From the human T2T-CHM13v2.0 reference genome, Homo sapiens, in assembly GCF_009914755.1 (NCBI RefSeq), contig NC_060936.1: DNA of 64,000 nt. One strand, written 5' to 3'. The notes below the pieces were generated by a model. That model was given only the letters and a program-made list of their open reading frames with translations. It made no database searches and was not told where the DNA came from. Of this stretch, positions 13,850 through 25,305 are shown piece after piece. Made by a program: the position numbers and the translations under genes. The stretch's first letter is position 1. Each line of letters begins with the position of its first letter.

Positions 13850-14650
13850 ACCTGTGCGCGAGTGACAGCGGCGGGAGCCCGCAGGGCCTGACAGTTGCGA
13901 TGGGCACGGGGAGACAGGGCGAGAGGCGGGCACAGAATGTCAGCGGGGCAGACCCCCGGGAAAGGCAGCAACCCGGAAGACGCGCCGATCCTCCTCCCAG
14001 CCCCTATGGGTGACCGAGCCCCCACCAGCCGCCCCGGGAAGCCAGGCGTCCCTCCCTCCAGCCGCAGCTCCCTCCGGCCCGGCTCCACTCACCCCCGGTA
14101 GGCTTGGCCCGCGGCCCGGTGCCTCCCTCCCGGGCGCCGCCTGCCCCTCCCCTCCGCCCTCCGCTTGCGTCTGGGAGCCGGCGGCCGGCGGAGCCAGCGA
14201 CAGGCGGAGACGGCGGCCCGGCAGGCGCGGGCGGGGCGGGGCGGGCACAGGAAATCCCCGCCCGCTTCCGGGGCTCTGCAGCGGCGGAGGTGCGGGGAGT
14301 GGGAGGGAGAGGAGTGGGAGGGAGAGGAGTGGGAGGGAGGGAGGGAGGGAGGGACGGGAGGGGGCGGGGCTGCGGCTCAGGCGCCCCCAAACGCGAACCC
14401 GGGACCTCCGCGCCCGCCGCTGTGGGGAGGGTGCGGCCCGAGACGCTTGGAGGGCGGCGGGCGCCGGAATCGCAGCCTGCTGTGGCCACTTGCCCGCACT
14501 CTTGCCTGACTGACCATTTTCCGCTCTGGCTACTGGGCCTCCCACGGAGTTCTGTCCTCAGGGTTCGTCAATTACCTGGAATTGCGTAACCGCCCGTTAC
14601 AGGCCAGACCGAGGCCGAGAGCGATTTCTCCAGACAACAGTCTGGAATTC
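13850..14650. promoter_or_regulatory. ZNF641: CpG island / ZNF641 promoter with GC boxes; non-coding first exon ending at a minus-strand donor G|GTGAGT (exon end 14093)
   Basis: Very high GC and CpG density; GGGGCGGGGCGGG at ~14233 and GGGGCGGGG at ~14361; consensus 5' splice site at 14092-14087. Confidence 0.88.
14296..14370 (+). repeat. Purine-rich tandem repeat (GGAGTGGGAGGGAGA)x3 followed by (GGGA)n
   Basis: Units read directly at 14296-14310, 14311-14325 and 14326-14339. Confidence 0.9.
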
Positions 14651-14769
14651 CTCAAGGAGCGTACCCTCTAGTTTTCACGATAGGATAAAGGGCTTGAGAG
14701 AGCACTGAGGAGGAGTCACTTATTCTGCCTGAGGGGAAGTCAGGTTGCTATCTGAAGTTGGCCTTGCGG

Positions 14770-14991
14770 CTGCTGTCCCATTTGCGGGAGCCGTAGCCGC
14801 AGGTGACACCTGAGCTCTCGAAATGTGGCTGGTCTGAATAGAGATGTGTTCCAAGATTTAGAAGATTTAATTTAAAAAGTGATATTTTGGGTATATTGGG
14901 TTAAATATATTAAAATTAATTTCACCTGGTTTTAACTTTTTAAATGTGGCTATAAATATGGCTTGCATTATATTTCTATTGGATAGTGCTA
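14770..14991. mobile_element. MER33-like hAT-Charlie element
   Basis: GAAATGTGGCTGGTCTGAATAGAGATGTG, ATATTGGGTTAAATATATTAAAATTAATTTCACCTG, CATTATATTTCTATTGGATAGTGCT. Confidence 0.7.
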
Positions 14992-15604
14992 CCTTGCAGC
15001 ATTAAGATGGATTTGACTAGAAAAGATGAGAAGGGCCTACAAACAGTGAGTAAACCCATTGCTGTTAGAATCTGTTTATAACCTACAAGTCACATTCACA
15101 TTCCTTATTTCATCATTACAACAATTTTCAAAAATTTTATTTAGTAGACTTAAAAAATAATTGACTCACTTAAGGTCATATGTGACAATCATTCGTTTAA
15201 TGCATATTTATTTTCTACGTGTGCCAGACACTGTAACTAAATGCTGGGAGTTAAAGGATTCACAGTCTGGGGAAGCACATGTCAACAAATATTTGCAATA
15301 AAAACGTAGATTCTAAAACAGAGGAACGTACGCTGCACTTGAAGCAAAGAGAAGTGACCACGTATGGGACGGAGGTCAGAGAAGGCCCCCCACTCTGACA
15401 GAAATCGTGAGGCAGAGAAGAGTCAGGAGGGCTGTCTAATGAAAGAGGAAAATGCAGTAGACACGCAGTTGGGAAGAGTATAGAGCATATTCTAGGAGCA
15501 GATCATGGGATATGTCGGGGTAGTAGTAGAGCCAGAATTTTTATCCCGGGTCCTGGAACTAAGTCCAGGGGTTCTTTTCACTTATGCTACCACTGGTGGT
15601 AAAT

Positions 15605-16030
15605 ATAAGGTGCGTTAATTGGAGTAGGCTAGCAAAACCAGTATCTCGGGGCTTAACTCCATAAAGGCTTATGTTCATACAAGTCACAGTGTGGTAACAA
15701 GTTGGTTGGGGCCAGAGGGTGGGGTCTGTACTTCTTGAATTCATTGAAGGACCAGGCTTCTTGCATTTGGTGGTTCTCCCATGCCGAGGCCTTGGTAATG
15801 TAGTCAAATCTGTGGCCCTCAGATAAGGGAGGCTGGCCGTGGTTAACTTGTCAGAGATATTAGGGGCCAGTCCTGGAAGTGGTGTGTATCATTTTCACCC
15901 CATTCCCTTAGCCAGAACTCATGCGCATGGTCACATGGCCCTACCCAGAAGGGTGGCTGGGAAGTAAAGAATGTGTGCCTCATGGAAAAGGAAATGGGCG
16001 CTGCTGGACACAGCATTGCCTCGTCACACA
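15605..16030. mobile_element. Old MaLR LTR (MLT1-type)
   Basis: CATTCCCTTAGCCAGAACT..GGTCACATGGCC..GGCTGGGAAGT, characteristic of MLT1 LTRs. Confidence 0.55.
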
Positions 16031-16179
16031 GAGTTAAATTGAACATAACCAAGTACGTAAACCTGACTTTACCTGAAAAGAATGTTTGGAAAGAACTGAT
16101 AGATATTATAATAGCCCAAACTCTCCTCGACTGTTTTGGGAAACAAATCAGTGTGAGATTGTTTCCAAAAAATAAAAAA

Positions 16180-16461
<282 letters not shown>

Positions 16462-16499
16462 GAGGCTGAATGGTATCATCTTCTTTATACCAGAACCTT

Positions 16500-17744
16500 T
16501 TCTTTTTAAAAATAACTTTTATAATTTTAAATTTGTGTAGTTACATAATAGGTGAATATCTTTATGGGGTACATGAGATATTTTGATGCAGGTATGCAAT
16601 GCATGATAATCACATCATGGGAATCAGGTATCCATCCCCTCAAGCATTTATCCTTTGTGTTACAAACAATCCAATTATACCCTTTTAGTTACTTTAAAAT
16701 GTACAGTTATTATTGACTATAATAACTATTAAATACTAGGTCTATTAAATACTAGGTTGTTCTATTAAATACTAGGTCTTATTCATGCATTCAAACTATT
16801 TTTTGTACCCATTAACCATCCTCACTGTCCCCATTCCCCCATTACCCTTCCCAGCCTCTGGTAACCATCCTTCTACTCTCTATCTCCATGGGTTGAATTG
16901 TTTTGATTTTTAGATCCTCCAAATAAGTGAGAACATGTGATGTTTGTCTTTCTGTGTCTGGCTTATTTCGCTTAACATAATGACTTCCAGTTCCATCCAT
17001 GTTGTTGCAAATGACTAAATCTCATTCTTTTTTTATGGCTGAATAGTGCTCCATTGTGTGTAAGTACCATTTGTTCTTTATTCATTCATCTGTTAATGGA
17101 CACTTAGATTGCTTCCAAATCTTGGCTATGGTGAACAGAGCTGCAACAAACATGGGAATGCAGATATCTCTTTGATAAACTGATTTCCTTTCTTTTAGGT
17201 ATATACCCAGCAGTGGGATTGCTGGATCATATAGGAGCTCAATTTTTAGTTTTTTTGAGGAACCTCCAAACTGTTCTCCCTAGTAGTTATACTAATTTAC
17301 ATTCCCACTAGCAGTGTATGAGGGTTCCCTTTTCTCTACATCCTTACCAGCATTTGTTATTGCCTGCTTTTTGAATATAAGCCATTTTAACAGGAGTGAG
17401 ATGATATCTCATTGGAGTTTTGATTTGCATTTCTCTGATGATCAGTAATATTGAGCACCTTCTCATATGTCTGTTTGCCATTTGTATGTATTCTTTTGAG
17501 AAATGTCTATTCAAATCTTTTGCCTATTTTTTAACCAGAGTATTAGATTTTTTCCTGTAGAGTTGCTTGAGATCCTTATATATTCTGGTTATTAATCTCT
17601 TATCAGATAAGTAGTTTGCAAATATTTTCTCCCATTCTGTGTGTTGTCTCTTCAATTTGTTGATTGCTTCTTTTGCTGTGCAGAAGCTTTTTAACTTGAT
17701 GTGACCCCGTTTGTCCATTTTTGCTTTGGTCGTCCGTACTTGTA
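16500..17744 (-). mobile_element. 5'-truncated L1 (L1MA-type 3' end and ORF2 C-terminus)
   Basis: ORF 17524..17718 [20 protein letters not shown]; TSD CAGAACCTT at 16491-16499 and 17745-17753; internal (CTATTAAATACTAGGT)x3 at 16726-16777. Confidence 0.88.
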
Positions 17745-18539
17745 CAGAACCTTGTCTTAAACATCACAAGGAATAAATTCAAAATGTCTTTATATTATGC
17801 TTTGGTGTGCCATCTCTTTAGTTATCAGTTAACAAACCCTGCAAGGTGTAGATCTGCATGGGTTCAGGGACATTAAGTGAGCCAAGAGGCACAATCAGGA
17901 ATTGAGCCCTGGTCTGACTTCTCACTGGGTGCACCTTTAACCAGAGTGGTACTTTACCTTTTACAATGGACAAGTACAAACTCCTATGCAATGTTACAGC
18001 AGGGATTAATTAACTATGCATTGAGTAGCAGGCAGATGATTCCATCTTTTTCAGACTTTCTGATGGAGGAGTTTCAAGATCAGCTTTGAAGGTGAAATGT
18101 AGGAAGGGCATCCCATATAGAATCAGAAGGCAGAAATGGACATGCTGTGGCATGTTGTGGAATGAAGAACACACATATGTGGGGGTGTCAGTCTAGAGTA
18201 GAGAAGAAACAGGGAAATTGATAGAATAGTGGATGAAGGTGGTGGATGAAGAATTTTTTATTTGCTATATCAGGTGATAGGGAGTCATTATATTTGTGTT
18301 TAAAAGGAAGTGATACACCTGATGGTGCCAATTATATCATTGTAAGGAGACTTGGTGGTCCTGGGCTGCTCTGTTGATGGAATTCTGGTAACTGGGATGA
18401 GTTGGGCACACAGGTGGATTCTAATGTGTGGAATACAGAGTTCCTTGGGACATAGCAGCATTCTTCCTGCTGCTGTTGGTCATAAGTAGATACAGGGTAT
18501 GAACTGTGAGAGTGAGTGGCTGCAGTGGTGAACACAATC

Positions 18540-19100
18540 ATTTAAGGTAAAATAAAGCCAAGGAACTGAGAGACTAGAGTGCTAGCAGGGATAGGGTTCA
18601 AAATATTTAACTACTAGTGCTAGCATGGCATGGACCCATCAAAATAGATGTAGCCCATAACGCTGGTGCAGGGTCCTGCAGGCACCTTGTTGTGTTAGAT
18701 GATTACTTTTTGTTTCTGAATCGTGAAGAGATCTGTTGAATCCTGATGAGGGGCTAGAGCATTGAGGCATGACATTGAAGAGGATTGACAGTGGCTATGA
18801 AAATATTTCAGTATTTTAGCAAGGAATACAATTATACTTGCACATATTCATATGCATGAGATGCATTGTCCTCATGGATGTTGAAGTCACTAGGAATAAT
18901 GAAGGCATTATGGAGAGAGGGATAGTAAGCCAGTTGATGGAGTCTTAAATGAAAGGTGAGTGACCAGGAGTGTGGTAGGTAATAATAACAAGGAGGAGTG
19001 TGTGTGGAATAGTTTGATGACATGTGCTTCAATGCAGCTGGACATTATTTAGAGAGGAAGGATGAAAATGGTACTTGAAGCAGCAAGGAGAAAAGAGAGT
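18540..19100 (-). mobile_element. L2 internal fragment (endonuclease-domain region)
   Basis: ORF 18832..19032 contains FIIPSDFNIHED, matching the APE-endonuclease GDFNIH motif of L2/CR1 elements. Confidence 0.55.
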
Positions 19101-19101
19101 T

Positions 19102-19921
19102 CACTATACTGAACAGAGACCACTTGCCCCAACACCGAACCTGAAGTAGAGCCTGGGTATCTGAAAAAAGCTGTCCCATAGAATGAGAGAACCACAGCGA
19201 GATGAGAAGGGCATGCGGAGAAGGCTTTGCCTTGGCCCTCAGAGGAGCAGATGCTCAGTATGACAGATGTGATTCTAGAGTAAGAGAAGAAGATTAGGGA
19301 AAGTGTCAGTAGCCCCCAGAATGCCTGTGACACAGCTAGAAGAATCTCATTGACAGTGGGATCAATGTAGGACAGAGGGAAGAATGGAGGCAGCTTACAC
19401 CTGAAATAAGGATGATGTCAGGCCCACAGAAATGTAACTTGTGGGTGAAAAGACTGTCCATCAAGGAAATCAGAAATCCCGCTGCCCAAGCAATTCTCAA
19501 AATCACCATACAGAGAGATCTGTTCATGACCATGGTATAGACCACAGGGTGGCGGATGGTAGCATAGTGATCATAGGCCATGGCAGAGAACAGACAGGCT
19601 TCCGTTCCCCCAGAGAGAGTGAAAAAGAAACTTGGTGAGGCAGCCCCACATTGAGATGCTTTTCTTCTGAGAGGAAATTTTGTAGCATCCTGGGCACAGT
19701 AACTAGGAGTAGCTGAGATCCAGAAAGGACAGATGTCAAAGGAAGAAGTACATGGGTCTTTGAAGGTGAGAATCAGCCCTGATCTCCAGGATCATCACCA
19801 GCTTCCCCGTCAAAGTCAGGAGATGAATCACCAGGATTAGCACAAAGAGCATGATCTGGATCTCTGCATCACTGGAAAATCCCACAAGGACAAACTCAGG
19901 ACTAATATTGACATTTATTAT
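19102..19921 (-). pseudogene. OR5BK1P: Olfactory receptor pseudogene (class II), start mutated to ATA, 3' end (TM7) missing; symbol tentative from recalled locus order
   Basis: Motifs EFVLVGFS, HLQRPMYFFL*, MAYDHYATIRHP, LHFCGP, SYSRI, GKAFSACPSHL. In-frame stops at 19738 and 19705 plus frameshifts. No NPxIY motif. Confidence 0.85.
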
Positions 19922-20738
19922 GGTTGCTTAGAGATTCTGTCCCTCAAAAGAAATGAATGGTTCTCTACTTGGCAGGGCATTCATCTGAGTCATTCTCACT
20001 GAACAGGAGTTTTCTACTTACAGACGAGTATACCTCCTTACCTATGGCCCAAAATGGGAAACTCGGGATAAGGAAGTGTCATCTTAAGTACAATCTCCTC
20101 ACTTGCCCTTCTTTCCTACCTTCTAGTACTGTCTCTGCATGATCTTGAAGGCTTTACTCTGTACCTCCATCACTGTTTAGTAAATGTACCAAGTGCATAT
20201 GAATCAGGTAGGTCCTGGAGTCAAAATGAGACAAACTGCCCCAGTGGCAAAGCCTAGAAAATCTTCTCTGGATAAGGGTTGGGAGGCCTATCGGAAAATG
20301 ATTCCTTCTCAGAATGGTAAGATCATAGACTCACACTATGTGAGGACATTTACATAATATACTTTAATCCCTTCATTTTACAAATGAAGAGAATGCATTG
20401 CCTATGGTCTCATAGCAAAGTGAGGACTAGGTTGGGACTAAAACCAGTCAAGGTTGGAACTAGAACCAGGTGTTTCAGCTAGTCTTGTATGCATCCAAGT
20501 GCATCATACTTGGTGATTTTGAATTGTTAGAGCTGAGTCTTGTGTGGTTAGGGGATCATGTGCAACTTTGCTAGTAGGGAGTTCGCTTCTTAAAAATTTT
20601 TTTCTTTCAGCTCCCCACACATCTAAATATTTTGTAAGGAGATACTTTGAAAGGGTAAGTCTGGCTCCATGAATGTCCCATCTGTATAGCTGCAAAGTAT
20701 CCTGATTTAGAAGGGTCCTGAGCTCTGGCCCTGTTTAC

Positions 20739-21064
<326 letters not shown>

Positions 21065-21889
21065 TAGTAGGAAGTTCACTTAAATTATAATATATTCCAG
21101 TAATCCTTGGCTCTGACACCCAGCCAATGGTCTCTATAGTTCTGTGTCAACTGCTACTGAAGTAAAAAGAGCACTAGTCTTAGAGTAAGGGGCTTAGTTT
21201 GTCCTGGCCCACACATTCTAGTGGGATAATCTGGGAAAAGTTCATTTTTTTAAGCCTTAACTTATTTATTTGTGAAACTGAGTAAACAAAATAAATACCC
21301 TTGTAAACCATATAGCCTATGATCTTCTGTACAAAAATTAAATTTATATATGTATGAGCAAAGACTGACATTGAATTTTGAAAAATAGATTTCTCTACTG
21401 GGTATTAGGCTGATGGACATTTTTCTTTGTCTTTCTTTTAATTCTTATATATTTAGAGGGTACAGTGAAGTTTTGTTACTTGGATATATTGTGTAGTGGG
21501 GAAGCCTGGGCTCTTGGTGTAGTCATCACCTGAATAGTGTACATTTTACCCCTTAAGTAATTTCTCATCCTTCAGCCCCCTCCCACCCTCCTACCCTTCT
21601 GAGCCTCCATTGTTATTTCTCTGATGTTGTAAAATTATTTTTTCATTGTATATATATGTTTGTGTGCATGTGTGCAGTAAAAAGGACTTGGAGATTTTCA
21701 GGAAATACCCAGCCTAGTTCTGTTTTCTCCAGAGATAAAAGGCAAAGGAAAAACCTGAATTGAAGTGAGAGAAAAGTGCTAGGGCAAAGGAAGCTAAACT
21801 TCTAAAGAAAAATTTGTCTCGTGGTCTCTTCCCCCCGTCATCATTGGACATCTCAGTAGTTTGATTCCACTTGGGTACATGTGACTGGA

Positions 21890-22950
21890 CCAGATGCCCT
21901 CTTGAAATGCCCCAGACCTAGGATCCCAGACCACTGCCCCGGCAGTGTTTACAAAGTGTGTTAAACAGAATCCTATATGCTCTGTTATAGTGCTTCAGGG
22001 GCCACCATATGTGTTGAAGGGGTGAGGAGTTAGAGGGTGCCTCTCTGCCCTCATAGCCACCCTAATCAATTTGTCTCTCCTTTTATCTGTTTAATAGTAC
22101 TTGATTTTTATAGTAGGATTTCATTGAAGCAAGGATTCCATTACTAAATCCCTTTCTAAAACTAGAGCTTTAATGGCCAGAAGAAATAAAAATTTCTATC
22201 CCTGTTTTCCACTCTCTTCATTTCTGATCCTCCAGGAAATCTCCCTCCTACTCTTCATCTGGCTGCTGCAGCTAGTAACACATTTTAAAATAAAAGGCTA
22301 ACTTTTGGGGGGTCCAGAACTTGATACATAAAGAAACAGAACAGAAAGACTTCAGATGGAGGAAGGGCAGAAGCCTCAACCTTCCGGCTCAGCCATTACT
22401 TGATTGGCTGAGATAGCACTGTTTGACTTTGAGAAACACACATCCCTAATCTGTGTCCAGTTTCCTCCTGTGTAGGATATGGGGCTTGGACCTGTTGTTT
22501 TTGCAGATCCCTCCCGTTACATAGTCTGTATGCCTCCGGGTTTCTCTCACCAACCTTACTGAGCAGGGGTGCTCCGGGTCTGACAGGTCTTCTGACTTCT
22601 GAGCTGGGCTGCCTGCCATAAGGCACTGCTGCTGGAAGGAGACTCGGTTCCTGCAGCTGGAGTTGAGAGGCCTCCAGACAGTCCCCAGGAAAAGTGGACT
22701 TTGCTTTCCAGTGAGTGACATGACCAGAGACAGGTACAGACAGGCAGCGACTTAAAGCCAAAGTGTTCAGTATCTATCCGCTGGCACAGGCATGGGTCTT
22801 TTTGGAGATGGCTCTCTTAAGACAGGATTTTCTCTTCTTTTATCACCTTTTACTCCCTCAGTCTTGAGGAGAGCTCCTGATCAGTTTTTGTGACTTCTAT
22901 TTCTTCTTTCATCAAATCCCTGGGATCTTGTGCCAGGCAGGCCCTGGTGT
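21890..22950 (-). promoter_or_regulatory. Putative promoter / 5' non-coding exon region of the OR at 19.1-19.9 kb (donor TTG|GTGAGA at 22550)
   Basis: Collinear similarity to 52885-53935 upstream of the second OR, with the splice donor at the homologous position. Confidence 0.55.
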
Positions 22951-23544
22951 GGGGGGTGGTGAGAAGGGGCCCCAGAGAGTCAGGAATTGCTCAGTGCTCA
23001 TGGAAGAGGTGGCATTAGCCAGAGCAAAGGGGCCTCTGGTCCTGGGACAGAGTGGCTACTGACATGGCTGTTACCAAGAGAGGTCTGGCTAAGGACATAG
23101 GAGTGTAGAAAGCTCCTAGCCACAAATTCTACTAATTAAGAACCAGGGGATCAAGAGGCTCTGGAAACGATTTGTCTTGTCTCTGATCGCTCTGATTCTG
23201 AACATGAGTGTGTGCATGCCCATGCACACATATACCTAAGTAAACACAGTTGAAAAGTTTCATTACTCCTATGATGCCATTTACCTTTTTAACTATTCTT
23301 GCTTCTCCAGCTCTCAGCTTGGGCTCTTGCCTCCTATTTCACAGAGATAATGTTCCTTTCTCTACTTTAGTTTTATTATATCTCCCTCTATATATTGGGC
23401 TTTACCACTGGTTATTGCTCAAGTTTTTCCTATTTGAAAATAAAGTGGGCACAATTAGTAGCCCTTCCTCCTCTGGAGAGAGTTGGCCTCCCTAAAACCA
23501 GCCTTGGTTGTCCTGGGAATGGCAGGGAAATACCAGCTATGCTA

Positions 23545-24018
<474 letters not shown>

Positions 24019-24318
24019 CTACTTCCTTGTCTTTCCTTCTCTTTATAGCCAGTTTTTTTTGGAAGGTTAGTCTATGCCACAATCTCCTCCTTCACTTCTC
24101 AGTCCATTGTCATCTGCTTTTTTCTGCTACCTCTATCGCCCCTAGAGACCATTCACTTACTATATTCAGAACACCAAGAGATACGTAAAGACTGCGGTTG
24201 ATTGGTGAGCTTTGCTGGACTCAGGTGGAGAAGGCTTTGCCTTGGCCCCCAGAAGAGCAGATGCTCCAGTCAATTCTGGAGTAGGAAGAAAAGATTTGGA
24301 ATACTTTATGACTCCCTG

Positions 24319-24733
24319 TGATATGGTTTAGATGTTTTGTCTCCTCCAAATCTCATGTTGAAATGTGACCTCCAGTGCTGGAAGTGGGCCTAGAGGGAGT
24401 TGTTTGGGTCATGGGGGCAGATTCCTTATGAATATCTTGGTGCTGTCCTAGTGGTAATGATTGAGTTCTCATTCTACGAGTTCACATAAGATCTTGTTGT
24501 TTAAAAGAGCCTGGCACCTCCTTTCTTTCTCTCTTGCTCACTCTCACAATGTGACACACTGGATCCCCTTGACTTTCCACCATCATTGTAAGGCTTCTGA
24601 GGCCCTCCTAGAAGCAGATACCTGCACCATGCTTCATGTACAGCCTGCAGAACTGTGAGACAAATAAACTTGTTTTCTTCTAAATTACCCAGTCTCAGAT
24701 ATTCCTTCATAGCCGTGCAAATGAATGAACACA
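24319..24733 (+). mobile_element. MST-type MaLR solo LTR (inside the OR relic)
   Basis: TGATATGGTTTAGATG..CCAAATCTCATGTTGAAATGTG start; AATAAA; TACCCAGTCTCAGATATTCCTT..ACA end. Confidence 0.85.
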
Positions 24734-24861
24734 GTCAGAAATGGAAGTGATCTCACCAAAATTACCTGTTGGCAATAAGATATGTGTTGAATGAAGGAGA
24801 AGTAGAGGCAGCTCAGAGTTGAAGAGAGGTTACAGGGCTTACAGAAGGGTAAGTTTAATGT

Positions 24862-25305
24862 ATCCGTCAACTTAGGCCAAGTTATGCTGTGATAACAAGT
24901 GACCCAAAATTTCAATGGCTAACAACAATAAAGATTTAATTCTCATGCTACATGTCACTGAGACAGTGGTGGCTTTGTTACTACATAGCCTTTACTTTAG
25001 GACCTAGGCTTAGAGAGCAGCCTTTAAACTGGGATATGGCTGGTGTTTGGACTTATGAAAAGAGAAGAATGGTGAACTATAAACTGGTTTTTGAAACTTG
25101 TGCTCAGAAGTGATACCTGTGACTTTTTTTCCAAAGTAAGTCACATGGCCACATTTGAGTCAATCAGGACAGAGATAAATCATCCTCTTACAGGGAGGTG
25201 CGTTGAGATTACATGGTGAAACCTGAGATCAATGGGGTGGGGAGAAAGTATAATTCTTCCCCAGGAGGGTTAGCAAATATTTTGAAGAGTAATACAATCT
25301 TCCAT
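24862..25305. mobile_element. Old MLT1-type MaLR LTR (inside the OR relic)
   Basis: GTTATGCTGTGATAACAAGTGACCCAAAATTTCAATGGCT, GCTCAGAAGTGA, AAGTCACATGGCCAC. Confidence 0.65.

Noticed and set aside
13895-14589. Several overlapping 100-200 aa ORFs on both strands
   Set aside because: They lie in the CpG island; low-complexity Pro/Gly/Ala/Arg products are expected where GC-rich DNA has few stop codons.
22396-22761. 121-aa ORF in unique sequence
   Set aside because: It crosses the conserved splice donor and no matching ORF is seen in the paralogous block at 53.3-53.7 kb; better explained as a non-coding exon and intron.
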